Positions 29,727-39,697 of a stretch of 64,000 nt of DNA are shown here, one piece after another (within the stretch, counting starts at the first letter, position 1; the number at the start of each line of letters is the position of its first letter). Source of the stretch: Candidatus Oxydemutatoraceae bacterium (GTDB lineage Bacteria > Pseudomonadota > Gammaproteobacteria > Poriferisulfidales > Oxydemutatoraceae); contig OZ244779.1 of NCBI GenBank assembly GCA_965219575.1, positions 268,769 to 332,768 of the forward strand. Direction: 5' to 3'. The notes under the pieces were generated by a model. The model saw only the letters and a list, made by a program, of their open reading frames with translations, ran no database searches and was not told where the DNA came from. The translations under genes and the position numbers were made by a program.

Positions 29727-30125
29727 ATGACTTTTGAATTTGACAGCGAAACGTTGGTTCATGCCACGCAATTAGGTTTTATTGCGTGTAGGTGGCCGGC
29801 CCTCAAAGAGCATACTTTAGCCATTTTTAACGGGGCTTCGATTGCTCGTCCCGAAAGTCCGATAGGCCTTATAGGCAAGACTATGGTCTACTTGAATTGC
29901 GACAACGACCCCGAGGGTGCGGTTAATTTTCTCAGAAAAAATAATGTCTCGGGCAGTTCGGGCGCACCGGTTTGCCGTGCTTTTCTGGGCTTATGCTTAT
30001 ATCTTGCAAAACGGAGAGCGGAGAGCGAACAAGTTCTGAAGGAAATGATGGAGTCGGATGATAGCAATGATCCCGATGCGGCGGATTTAGCCAACACACT
30101 GCTGGAAGAACTCGGAGCGAAATAA
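29727..30125 (+). CDS. TPR-like T3SS accessory protein (needle co-chaperone or HrpB1-like)
   Basis: Helical 132 aa between needle and rod genes; assignment mainly by position. Confidence 0.45.
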   Translation: MTFEFDSETLVHATQLGFIACRWPALKEHTLAIFNGASIARPESPIGLIGKTMVYLNCDNDPEGAVNFLRKNNVSGSSGAPVCRAFLGLCLYLAKRRAESEQVLKEMMESDDSNDPDAADLANTLLEELGAK

Positions 30126-30126
30126 A

Positions 30127-30531
30127 ATGGCTATAGAATTCGGCGGTGCCTCTATACAGCAAAGTATTATCGAGAAGCTTCAGGATCAGCTTGCCCGTCA
30201 AGTAGACACTAAAAAAGAAGCAAAACCCGAAGATATAGAAAAATTTAAGGCGCAAATGGGTAATAACGAAGCGGATGCCGTGAAGGACAATCCAATGCAA
30301 GAACACAATGTGTCGGCCGCCGAGGCGAACAAGCCTTCGTTTATTGAAAGTGGACAATCACCGCTCATGCCAAATCATCAGACTCTGCAGGCAACTCCCG
30401 ACGCTACCGAAAAAGTCGGCGATTCGTTTCAGTCTCCCGGCGATCAGATTCTCAAAACCATGGTGGAGACGAGAAAAACCGTCACAGAAGTAGACAGCAT
30501 TACCTCAACGGAAACCGCGAGAAACTATTAA
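30127..30531 (+). CDS. T3SS inner-rod (SctI-like) protein, possibly C-terminally truncated
   Basis: D...F...M and SPGD.IL motifs, immediately before sctJ. Confidence 0.5.
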   Translation: MAIEFGGASIQQSIIEKLQDQLARQVDTKKEAKPEDIEKFKAQMGNNEADAVKDNPMQEHNVSAAEANKPSFIESGQSPLMPNHQTLQATPDATEKVGDSFQSPGDQILKTMVETRKTVTEVDSITSTETARNY

Positions 30532-30611
30532 GCTATTCGGCTTTTACAAGAATGCGAAAACGGTGCAATGTATACCGAAGCATGTAGAAAGCGTAAACAC
30601 AGGGGCTAATG

Positions 30612-30890
30612 CAGATACGACACCACCCCGTCAGGCTACGCCTGCCACCCCTCCACAGGAGGGGAATGTACCGATACTATACTCGTGCAGAATACGCTGC
30701 GACCACCCCGTCAGGCTTCGCCTGCCACCCCTCCACAGGAGGGGAATGTACCGATACTACACTCGTGCAGAATACGACACCACCACCCCGTCAGGCTTCG
30801 CCTGCCACCCTAAGGGCGGACATACAAGTCCGCCCCTACAAGGAGGGGAATGTACCGTTCCGACGGTTCATAGATACTTTTTCAACAGCC
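30612..30890. repeat. 80-bp tandem repeat (about 2.4 units) of the hairpin module plus an unpaired TIR
   Basis: ACCACCCCGTCAGGC starts at 30622, 30702 and 30782. Confidence 0.85.
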
Positions 30891-30937
30891 TCACGGCTTG
30901 CGGCGACGACGGTCGGGCATCGGACTGGGCAACCCTT

Positions 30938-31798
30938 ATGATTAATGTTGATGCAATTAAACACAGGTTTATAAACCTGAATTCCATCTTCAGATTGCTA
31001 TTCGTGGCGTTATTGTTGCTATTACTCGGTGGTTGCAAGGTAGAGCTTTATACGGGTTTGCCCGAACAAGAAGGCAACGAGATGTTGGCACTTCTACTTA
31101 CGCACGGCATAGAAAGCGAGAAACAGCCGGGCAAAGACAACATGATTAGTCTGTTTATAGAAGAGAGTCAAACTGCGAAAGCCGTTGAAATACTCACCAG
31201 AAATGGCTACCCCAAAACCAGATTTTCGACGATCAACGATATTTTTAGCAACGACGGCTTGGTGTCTACGCCTTTTGAAGAACGCACCCGATATATCTAC
31301 GGCTTGTCGCAAGAAGTTTCCATGACTTTATCGAAGATAGACGGTGTATTGGTAGCCCGTGTTCATGTTGTGCTACCTCCCGAGCAGACATCGAACCTAG
31401 GCAACAAAAAAGAGACTTTTCCAGCTTCGGCATCGGTTTTTATCAAATACAATTCGGATTACGACTTAAATTCGTATATCCCGCAGATGAAATCTATCGT
31501 TGCCAATGCCATAGAAGGGCTCTCATACGACCAAGTGAGTGTGTCTCTCTTTCCGGCAAAGAGCGAAGGCAGGGCCGATTTTTATCCGATTGAGTATAGT
31601 TCGGTTTTAGGCTTGAAAGTAAGCCCCGATTCAATCGGGCATTTATATACCCTGTTAGCCGTGTTGATCATCTTAATTTTTGCGGTTTTCTCGGGTAATA
31701 TCTATCTCTATATGGATAGAAAGAACAAAGTGAGCAAGGCGGAGGAGGTCGTCAAGGAAGCCGGATTAATCGCCGATAAGCAAGAGAGCACCACATGA
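30938..31798 (+). CDS. sctJ: T3SS inner-membrane ring lipoprotein SctJ
   Basis: Lipobox LGGC-KVELYTGL.E.EGNEM, IDGVLVARVHVV, SASVFIK; real start likely ATG 30938 because the longer ORF runs through repeat DNA. Confidence 0.93.
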   Translation: MINVDAIKHRFINLNSIFRLLFVALLLLLLGGCKVELYTGLPEQEGNEMLALLLTHGIESEKQPGKDNMISLFIEESQTAKAVEILTRNGYPKTRFSTINDIFSNDGLVSTPFEERTRYIYGLSQEVSMTLSKIDGVLVARVHVVLPPEQTSNLGNKKETFPASASVFIKYNSDYDLNSYIPQMKSIVANAIEGLSYDQVSVSLFPAKSEGRADFYPIEYSSVLGLKVSPDSIGHLYTLLAVLIILIFAVFSGNIYLYMDRKNKVSKAEEVVKEAGLIADKQESTT

Positions 31799-32439
31799 CC
31801 GACGCTGTTGCCATGCCGAGCGACACCTTGCGCCGTGTGATTGATTTTAATTTCTTCCCTTCGCTGGAAATGGACAACAGTTGGTGGGAGGCGGATTGGT
31901 TGCCCATTCCTTTGTTCGACAGGATTAGAAGCGTCAAAGCGGCGCACCGCAAATTGTCCGATTTTATTTTGGCGCGCTATCAGATAAAGAACGAAAATTA
32001 TTTTAACTTCGAGAGCTACGAGCGGCAAGCAGCTTTGTTGTGTAGTGCCGAATTGAAGGCTCTACTCTACAAAATGGGGCTGATTATAGAATCGGGCACG
32101 ATAGCGGGCGCAATCGAAAAAGAGGCACAGCAAGTAGTTAAAAAATCTTTGGGAGAAGCCGACTATTTATACGCATTAAAAAATAACATCGCTATGAGTA
32201 GCCGACACACCGAAAATAACGGCTCTTTCTCGGCACAAAAAATAAGCGACATCAAGGATTTCAAAAGCTATGTATATCAAAGCGGATTGCGTTGTCTACT
32301 CGGTTTGCTAAACGATATGCCGCAAGGATTTATTCAACGGATACTGTTCAAGCTCCCGAAAGCGTGGAGTGCGACTTCCTTTGAGAACAAAGCCGATTAT
32401 CGAATAATCAAAAACTACTTGCCGCAGCTATTAAATTAA
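31795..32439 (+). CDS. sctK: T3SS sorting platform protein SctK
   Basis: FNF.P...D.SW and R.LFKLP motifs; between sctJ and sctL. Confidence 0.75.
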   Translation: MTDAVAMPSDTLRRVIDFNFFPSLEMDNSWWEADWLPIPLFDRIRSVKAAHRKLSDFILARYQIKNENYFNFESYERQAALLCSAELKALLYKMGLIIESGTIAGAIEKEAQQVVKKSLGEADYLYALKNNIAMSSRHTENNGSFSAQKISDIKDFKSYVYQSGLRCLLGLLNDMPQGFIQRILFKLPKAWSATSFENKADYRIIKNYLPQLLN

Positions 32440-32445
32440 AAAGGC

Positions 32446-33081
32446 ATGAGCAGTTTTACCTTGGTTAAAAATAAAAACATCCGGATTCAATCTCACAGCC
32501 GAGTATTGAAAGCCGAGGACTATACGGTGGTTTTGCACGCCGCTCGGCTTGTCGAACAAGCGGAACAGGAAGCACAAAAAATAGTTGCCGATGCGCAAAC
32601 CGCTTACGAGAGCGAAAAAGCACGCGGTTATCGAGACGGTTCCGAAGAAGGACGGGCCAAGCAAGCGGAAAAAATGATGACCGCAATGATAGAATCGGTG
32701 CATTATTTTTCCGAAGTGGAAAATAAACTGGTCGATATCGTGATGTCGTCGACCAAAAAAATTTTAGACGGCTTCGACAACATAGAACTCACCAAAGGCA
32801 TAGTCAAGCAAGCACTCGATAAAGTCCGCAACGAGAGCAAGATTACCTTGCGGGTCTATCCCGAGCACGCCGACGAAATTAGAACGGAACTTAAAGAGAT
32901 TACCGCAAATTATACCAACATCGGCTTTATAGATGTGGTGGCGGACAGTCATATTCCCGAAAATGCCTGCAAAGTGGAAACTGAGATGGGGTCGGTCGAA
33001 ACCAGCGTGGATTTGCAACTGCGCGCCTTGCGCACCGCGTTAGCCAATAATTTTGACTCTCGGGCGACCGCGCTCGAATGA
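32446..33081 (+). CDS. sctL: T3SS stator SctL
   Basis: A..IV..AQ.AYE.EK.RGY..G, ETEMGSVETS...QL. Confidence 0.9.
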   Translation: MSSFTLVKNKNIRIQSHSRVLKAEDYTVVLHAARLVEQAEQEAQKIVADAQTAYESEKARGYRDGSEEGRAKQAEKMMTAMIESVHYFSEVENKLVDIVMSSTKKILDGFDNIELTKGIVKQALDKVRNESKITLRVYPEHADEIRTELKEITANYTNIGFIDVVADSHIPENACKVETEMGSVETSVDLQLRALRTALANNFDSRATALE

Positions 33082-33111
33082 TAGCCGACTCTGAAACCGT
33101 CCGATTGAATC

Positions 33112-33543
33112 ATGGTTAAACTCGATTTATTACTGAAAGAATTTGCCTATCAACATCATCTGGACGAACCGACTCCGGATGAAAAAAGTATCTACCACTT
33201 AACCATAGACGATATGGAGATTGCATGTTTTGAGAAGTTGAGTAAGGGTTATTTTTGCTCGACGCTGACGACTTTACCGGCACAAAATAGCACGATACCG
33301 ACCGTCTTGAAAGATGTGATGAACCACTCCCTGGCAAGAATTAAGTCTCAAACATGCGGTTTGGGATTAGACGAGGATAATAACCTGATTTTGTTTGAAC
33401 GTTTTGATATGGATACGATGAATCTATACGATTTTTCGGAGCGACTCGAGAAGTTCGTGAATGCTTTAGAAGAGTATCATCGCTTTACGACTGCCACGCC
33501 CACCGACCATCCTGCTGCCCCTAAGATGATTATCACACCTTGA
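33112..33543 (+). CDS. CesT/SycN-type class I T3SS chaperone
   Basis: Small acidic protein, Y.L.ID, LE.FVN.LE.Y C-terminal helix; T3SS context. Confidence 0.65.
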   Translation: MVKLDLLLKEFAYQHHLDEPTPDEKSIYHLTIDDMEIACFEKLSKGYFCSTLTTLPAQNSTIPTVLKDVMNHSLARIKSQTCGLGLDEDNNLILFERFDMDTMNLYDFSERLEKFVNALEEYHRFTTATPTDHPAAPKMIITP

Positions 33544-33557
33544 CGGCGATCCGTATG

Positions 33558-33828
33558 GGGGCTGTTGAAAAAGTATCCACGAACCGCAGGGGCGGGCGGA
33601 CGTACAAGTCCGCCCTACTATGTCCGCCCGAAACCGTATCATGTTTGCACAATTAACGCGTTTACCCATGAATATTATGGAAACTATAATTAGGTGGCGC
33701 AAGCGGTTAAGGTTGTGCAGAACGGTACTTAAGGGCAGACATGCTAGTCTGCCCCTACGGGTGGTTATCGTTAATTTAGTGGCGCAAGCGGTTGCGGTCG
33801 TGCGAAGTGGTACTTTTTCAACAGTCCC
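33558..33828. mobile_element. MITE (same TIR family) inside the T3SS operon
   Basis: GGGGCTGTTGAAAAAGTA...TACTTTTTCAACAGTCCC. Confidence 0.8.
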
Positions 33829-33851
33829 ATGCAGCGGTAGCCTTTAGTTTG

Positions 33852-36236
33852 ATGAAGACACTGCGCGTAAAAGTATTGTGGGGGTTGGGCTTTCCGGTAA
33901 TTTTATTCGTAATAGTATTATTGATTGCCAACTTTTTTTATGTCGACCATCAAATGAGAGAACTGACTTATTCGTATGTCAACGGCATGGCTCTCGAGGT
34001 CGATAACAAACTCAACATGCAGGTAAGCGAAGTAGAGGAAATGACCAGAGTTATTGCCGCCTATCTGAAACAGAATGACGATATAGACAAAGCACGTGTT
34101 CAAGGATTACTGGACAATTTATTGGATGCCGAAGAACAATACGATATTTTTACCGTTCGCAGACCTTTGGTGATAGAGGGTCATATAAAGGGTAACAACC
34201 GGTCGAATATTCGGCAACGAACCGTGAATAGTGCCGATGAAGCGCGCTACCAAAATTATTTTGAACTCGCCCGCCAACGCGATGCATGGAGTCGGTTGAC
34301 ACTCGAGGACGGCAACTGGAAAACCAGCTATATCGCTCCTTTTAAGACTACAGCCGACCATACCGACGGGATCGTAGCCGTCGATGTTTTGTTGTCCGAT
34401 TTAGTCTCCGAACTCCTCGACGCACGCATATCCGAAGATGCGGCGATATTATTTTCCGTCAAATTAGGCAGCGGTGTGACCGAGACACTGATATTAGATG
34501 ACGAGATACACGGTAAAATTAGGCAACTGAACAGCGGTCTATCCGATATGACAGATAACGCCGACGCAATGTTACCGAGTTTTAGCGCGCCGATGAAGGC
34601 GCATCAAATAGAAGACCCTTTAGATGGTCACGGACAAGTATTTATTGCCCAACTACCGGCCAGTTTTAGCCCCAATTTACAACTCATCGTGTTGCTACCT
34701 AAAGAAACGGTATTTTTGTATCTTTATCGTGCAAAACTTATAGAGTCGGTATCGGTGTTAATAGCTTTCTTGGGTTTATTACTGTTGATATCTCTGGTTG
34801 CAAAGTCCTTATCGAAGCCGATTTCCGCGCTCAGCCAAAGAGTAGAGGGGTTGGCGGCGGGTAATTTGAGTATCAAATTCCCGGCAACCGATTCGTGCAG
34901 AGAACTCAGTAGCTTATCGACAAACCTGAATCGAACGGTCGGACGCTTGAAAAGCTATTTTTCCGACCTCAAACGAGTTACCGCACAAAACGAGAGGATC
35001 AATAGCGAAATCAATATCTCCCACGATGTACAAATGTCGCTTTTACCGCAGCGTAGCGATTGGGGAGAAATCACCGATACCGATATATACGGGTGTACCT
35101 TGCCCGCCAAAGAGGTCGGCGGCGATTTCTACTACTTTTTCAAGATAGATCAACATCGCACGGCATTGGTTATCGGAGATGTGTCGGGTAAAGGGATGCC
35201 GGCGGCGATCATGATGGCGGTGTGTCTCAGCCTGTTCAAAGCGCAAAGTGCCAACATTCCGCAACCCGATGTATGCCTGCAAAAAATCAACCACTTTTTA
35301 ATGCAAGAGCATGCCGGTCAAGGTGCTTTCGTAACCTTGTTTTATGCGATTCTCGACACTTCCAGCGGCGAGTTGATCTATGCCAATGCAGGACATAACC
35401 CGCCGTTGATAGCGAGAAAAACCGGTTCCATAGAGTTTTTGGATCAAAAACACGGTGTTGCATTGGCGGTTGTGGAAAACCCGCGTTATGAAATTTATAA
35501 GACACAGCTAGGTTATGGTGATATGTTGTTGCTCTATACCGACGGCATCACCGAAGCGCACGATATGGACGAAGAAGAATTCGGAGAACAAAGGCTCACC
35601 GAATGTATCGCGTACTGCAACGAAATCAACGCTGCACAACCGGCGAGACATTGTGTGCAACATATTATCAAGCGTGTGGCTCAATTCATGCGCGGCTGCG
35701 TACAGTTCGACGATATGACCCTATTATGTGCGGTGAGACAAGATGCGCGCAACAATTTGCCGAGTACCGACTCCGAGTCGGCAAGCGATGACCCGATAAC
35801 AGGTATCGTCGAATTACGCAATCTGCAATTTAAGCATCATTTGAGTATTCGTTACGACATCAAAGAAATTAGTAAAATTGTTGATTTGATCGACTCTTTC
35901 TGCACCGATTACCATATTGATAGCGAGGTCGCTTCCGACCTGTGCGTTGTGGTGGATGAGTTTATATCAAACATTATCCGCCATAACGAAACGGACAAGA
36001 ATACCGGGTCGATTAAAACACAGCTGGCTAAAAGAGACGGTGTTTTGCTTTTGGTGTTGGAATATCAAGGGAAATCGTTTGATCCGTTGCAACCGCCTAC
36101 GCTCGATATACACGAAGATTGGCGCAAACGACGTCCGGGCGGGTTGGGGATCCACATCGCTCGACAGTTGATCGATTACAGTGCTTATATGCACAGTGCC
36201 GGAAAAAATGTTCTGGTAATAGAAAAAAAGTTGTAA
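33852..36236 (+). CDS. Membrane sensor-HAMP-PP2C (SpoIIE/RsbU) phosphatase fused to an RsbW-like HATPase_c anti-sigma kinase domain
   Basis: Two TM segments, HAMP, VGGDFY, GDVSGKG, NAGHNPP, YTDGITE, DDMT; C-terminal E..SNII.H...FDP...RPGGLGI. Confidence 0.88.
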   Translation: MKTLRVKVLWGLGFPVILFVIVLLIANFFYVDHQMRELTYSYVNGMALEVDNKLNMQVSEVEEMTRVIAAYLKQNDDIDKARVQGLLDNLLDAEEQYDIFTVRRPLVIEGHIKGNNRSNIRQRTVNSADEARYQNYFELARQRDAWSRLTLEDGNWKTSYIAPFKTTADHTDGIVAVDVLLSDLVSELLDARISEDAAILFSVKLGSGVTETLILDDEIHGKIRQLNSGLSDMTDNADAMLPSFSAPMKAHQIEDPLDGHGQVFIAQLPASFSPNLQLIVLLPKETVFLYLYRAKLIESVSVLIAFLGLLLLISLVAKSLSKPISALSQRVEGLAAGNLSIKFPATDSCRELSSLSTNLNRTVGRLKSYFSDLKRVTAQNERINSEINISHDVQMSLLPQRSDWGEITDTDIYGCTLPAKEVGGDFYYFFKIDQHRTALVIGDVSGKGMPAAIMMAVCLSLFKAQSANIPQPDVCLQKINHFLMQEHAGQGAFVTLFYAILDTSSGELIYANAGHNPPLIARKTGSIEFLDQKHGVALAVVENPRYEIYKTQLGYGDMLLLYTDGITEAHDMDEEEFGEQRLTECIAYCNEINAAQPARHCVQHIIKRVAQFMRGCVQFDDMTLLCAVRQDARNNLPSTDSESASDDPITGIVELRNLQFKHHLSIRYDIKEISKIVDLIDSFCTDYHIDSEVASDLCVVVDEFISNIIRHNETDKNTGSIKTQLAKRDGVLLLVLEYQGKSFDPLQPPTLDIHEDWRKRRPGGLGIHIARQLIDYSAYMHSAGKNVLVIEKKL

Positions 36237-36260
36237 AATTGTTAAGGATACGGAGGGGAT

Positions 36261-37586
36261 ATGAACACCAGTTTTAACTATATTACCGAAGCACTCGAAG
36301 ACACGATCGATCGTGCCGAGTTGCTCGAAGTCTGCGGCTTCGTCTTGGAAGTCACCGGCACCTTGATTCGTGCCGTCGTGCCGGGGGTCAAAATAGGCGA
36401 ACTTTGCATTTTGCGCAACCCCGGCGAAAAAGGTTCTTTGATGGCCGAGGTTGTCGGTTTTGAAGACCGCCGTGTTTTGCTGACACCGATGGGCGAGATG
36501 CTCGGTATTTCCAACAGCACACAGGTTTTACCGACCGGGCATTCGCACAGAGTGCCGGTCGGTCCGCAGATTTTAGGGAGAGTATTAAACGGCTTGGGAC
36601 ACCCTTTCGACGACGGTCCCGCTTTGGAAACCAATACTTTTTATCCGGTCTACGCCGATCCGCCGGAACCGATGAAAAGAAAAATTATCGATAAACCGTT
36701 GCCTATGGGGTTGAAGGTCTTGGACGGTTTGTTGACCTGCGGCGAAGGACAAAGAATGGGTATCTTCGCAGCTGCCGGCGGCGGCAAAAGCACATTACTA
36801 TCGATGCTCGTTAGAAGTGCCGATGCCGATGTAACCGTACTGGCTCTGATAGGCGAGCGCGGACGAGAAGTGCGCGAGTTTATAGAACGAGACATCGGCA
36901 CCGAAAATCTAAAACATTCGGTAATCGTCGTGGCAACCTCGGATCGTCCTTCTATGGAACGCGTCAAAGCGGCTTATGTCGCAACTGCGGTTGCCGAATA
37001 TTTTAGGGATCAAGGTAAGCGGGTGTTACTGTTGATGGATTCGGTGACACGATTCGCCCGCGCCCAACGCGAGATCGGGCTGGCTGCCGGCGAACCGCCG
37101 ACACGGCGCGGTTTTCCGCCGTCGGTTTTTGCGACTTTGCCGCAGCTGATGGAACGCGCCGGACAGTCCGACAAAGGTTCGATTACGGCACTTTACACGG
37201 TGCTCGTCGAAGGCGACGATATGACCGAACCCGTTGCCGACGAGACTCGCTCCATACTCGACGGACATATCATATTATCGCGTCAGCTGGCGAGCGCAAA
37301 TCATTACCCGGCAGTTGATGTATTGGCAAGCGTTAGCCGCGTGATGAGTGCGATCGTAGAAAAGGAACATGTAGACTTGGCGGGGCGGATGCGCGAGCTG
37401 CTTGCTAAATATAAAGAGGTGGAATTGCTGATCAAAATAGGCGAATACAAAGAGGGCAGCGACGAAGTGGCAGACGAAGCGGTAGCTAAAATAGAGGCTA
37501 TCAACGAATTTTTGAAGCAGGGAGTCGACGAAGTGTTCTCAACCGAAGAGGTTTTGGATTCAATGCAAGCGGTGATGGAGGATTGA
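36261..37586 (+). CDS. sctN: T3SS ATPase SctN
   Basis: [39 protein letters not shown]. Confidence 0.95.
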   Translation: MNTSFNYITEALEDTIDRAELLEVCGFVLEVTGTLIRAVVPGVKIGELCILRNPGEKGSLMAEVVGFEDRRVLLTPMGEMLGISNSTQVLPTGHSHRVPVGPQILGRVLNGLGHPFDDGPALETNTFYPVYADPPEPMKRKIIDKPLPMGLKVLDGLLTCGEGQRMGIFAAAGGGKSTLLSMLVRSADADVTVLALIGERGREVREFIERDIGTENLKHSVIVVATSDRPSMERVKAAYVATAVAEYFRDQGKRVLLLMDSVTRFARAQREIGLAAGEPPTRRGFPPSVFATLPQLMERAGQSDKGSITALYTVLVEGDDMTEPVADETRSILDGHIILSRQLASANHYPAVDVLASVSRVMSAIVEKEHVDLAGRMRELLAKYKEVELLIKIGEYKEGSDEVADEAVAKIEAINEFLKQGVDEVFSTEEVLDSMQAVMED

Positions 37587-38062
37587 AGCAAATGATGATA
37601 TCGTTGGACGAGTTGCTGGATGTTAAGCGATTACGAGAAGATGAGGCGATCAAAGCAATGAAAGAGAAGCAATTACAGCTCGAGCAATGTCAAAAAATAT
37701 TAGCCGTCAAAATCACCGAACACGACGACTATGTGGCATGGCGTAAAGAGAAAGAAAAAGGCTTATACGAAGAAGTTTTAGAAAAAGAAGTTCACGCACA
37801 TAATCTCAACACGATGCGAGACCAAATTAGATTTTTCAAAGAACAACAACAACAACTTAAAGAAGAGATAGAAAAAGCACAGGCCGCAGTGACCGAGGCG
37901 ACCGAGCATCTGGCGGAAGCTAGACAAATGCGTATGGAAGCCTACAAAACGGTTAAGAAATACGAAGAATACAGAGATATTATGCAAGCCATCGAAAATC
38001 GTGAAACCGAAAGGCGCGAAGAACTTGAAGCCGAAGAATTCACCGTTCGCCCGGCAAACTAA
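37583..38062 (+). CDS. sctO: T3SS stalk protein SctO
   Basis: Coiled coil, L..VK.LRE..A, C-terminal E..EE.E.EEF; follows sctN. Confidence 0.8.
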   Translation: MKQMMISLDELLDVKRLREDEAIKAMKEKQLQLEQCQKILAVKITEHDDYVAWRKEKEKGLYEEVLEKEVHAHNLNTMRDQIRFFKEQQQQLKEEIEKAQAAVTEATEHLAEARQMRMEAYKTVKKYEEYRDIMQAIENRETERREELEAEEFTVRPAN

Positions 38063-38064
38063 CA

Positions 38065-38823
38065 ATGATTAAAAAAATTTCCGACGGAAAAAGAGCGCAA
38101 GAGCAGAGTGTCGAGTCTCATAAACTCGATGCACGCACCGTGTCAAAGGCAGCTGCCGAACAGTTTTCGTCTTTGGTGAATAAAAAACCTACCGCATCAA
38201 AGGAAATTTCCAAATCGCCGAAGCTCAAAAAGTCCGTAGATAAGGTAAAGGCTAAATTGGCAGAAAAAATGGGGGAGGCTAAAACCACCGCTCGCCGAAC
38301 ACCGATAAGCAAAAACGATTCGTCTGCCGATAAGCAAAAGTCGAACGACCAGGAGGCTTTGCCACAAAGCCTGGATGCATTCGATATCGCCGCAATGGCT
38401 GCCCGAAGTAATACCCAGACTCAAAGTGCGCCCCCGGTTGCCGAAACTACACCGGCACCCTCTGCAGACTTGAGTAAGATTGTCAATGAAATTGCCGACC
38501 GCATACTGGTCTCTTCCCCCGCCGACAACCCCACCGGTGCGCAAGAGATCCGCATCCACTTAAAAGAATCGGTATTGTCCGACACCGAAGTCCGTATTTA
38601 TCGCCACGCCGGTAGCCTGCAAGTTGAATTCCTGAGCGGATCTAAAGATAGCCAAATGTTTATAGCGCAAAAACAACCGGACATACAAAAGATATTAGGC
38701 GAACGGTTGGCAAACGAAACCGTCAATGTGTCGGTGCAAGATAGCCAACAAACGCGTGGCGGACAAGGAGAGGGACGCTCCCGCCAGCAATATATCGACC
38801 CCGACGCAGACAACCAACCGTAG
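38065..38823 (+). CDS. sctP: T3SS needle-length ruler SctP (FliK/YscP-like)
   Basis: Low-complexity N-terminus, I.DRILVS, EIRI.L...VL..TEV.I...G.L.VEF, GRSRQ. Confidence 0.8.
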   Translation: MIKKISDGKRAQEQSVESHKLDARTVSKAAAEQFSSLVNKKPTASKEISKSPKLKKSVDKVKAKLAEKMGEAKTTARRTPISKNDSSADKQKSNDQEALPQSLDAFDIAAMAARSNTQTQSAPPVAETTPAPSADLSKIVNEIADRILVSSPADNPTGAQEIRIHLKESVLSDTEVRIYRHAGSLQVEFLSGSKDSQMFIAQKQPDIQKILGERLANETVNVSVQDSQQTRGGQGEGRSRQQYIDPDADNQP

Positions 38824-39525
38824 AACCGCCGATTGAACCGGTACAGTGCCGGCGCATTCCCCTCCTTGTAGGGGTGGCACAAGTCAATTCCCCTCCTGTG
38901 GAGGGGTGGCCTACGCATTTTGCAATGCATGCGTTTAGCAGTCATGTTGAGGTTCTGAACAAAGTCACGCCGATTGAACCAGTAGGTCAATCGGCGGTTC
39001 TATTCAGCTTGACGGGGTGGTCGCTAAGAGGGGCTGTTGAAAAAGTGTGGGCATTGCTCAAACCCAACCGCTGTGCGCCGTGAATATTTGCAAACCACCC
39101 GTAGGGGCGGACTTGTATGTCCGCCCTAAAGTGCCGCTCTGCACAGCCGTAACCGCTTGCGCCGTATGGTTTTGGTTTCCATAAATCGGGTGAATGAATG
39201 TATAAATCGTGCCAACCAGCACGTTACGGGCGGACATACAAGTCCGCCCCTACCACTCTATGGAATACTTTTTCAACAGTCCCTAAGAGTCTGCACCAGC
39301 TAATTCCCCTCCTCTGGAGGGATGGCCTACGCATTTTGCAATGCATGCGTTTAGCAGTCATGTTGAGGTTCTGAACAAAGTCACGCCGATTGACTTTTGA
39401 CATTCGTGTTATTTCTAATAGCCATAAATAGTTAAATCTCGTATAACGTAACGTTCCTTGTGCTACTGCAACAAGGAACGGTTATTTGGTTCAATCGGCG
39501 GTTCTATTCAGCTTGACGGGGTGGT
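38824..39525. mobile_element. Composite repeat block containing a MITE (39030-39283)
   Basis: TAAGA duplication flanks the MITE; two expanded CCCCTCC modules, the second with the 92-bp nested insert. Confidence 0.85.
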
Positions 39526-39697
39526 CCCAACCACCTGCACCGCATCATAGCGGTTGCCACAAATCAAAAATGTGCCAATCTCGCCCGAGTAGAGTATAAT
39601 TAATACCTGCAAACGAATGAGATATGAATTTTTCATTTTTCTAGTCATTGAAACCCACAACAGCATTTTTGATAATTGAAGGAAAGAGAAATTAATT

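Noticed and set aside
30622-30850. 80-bp periodic repeats as a CRISPR array
   Set aside because: The intervening segments are near-identical rather than unique spacers, the unit is the genome-wide hairpin module, and no cas genes are present
30563-30937. 125-aa N-terminal extension of SctJ
   Set aside because: It is translated repeat DNA; the lipoprotein signal begins after ATG 30938
36261-37586. Flagellar FliI or F1 ATPase beta
   Set aside because: Neighbours are SctJ/K/L/O/P-like and a needle-like gene; no flagellar or atp genes nearby
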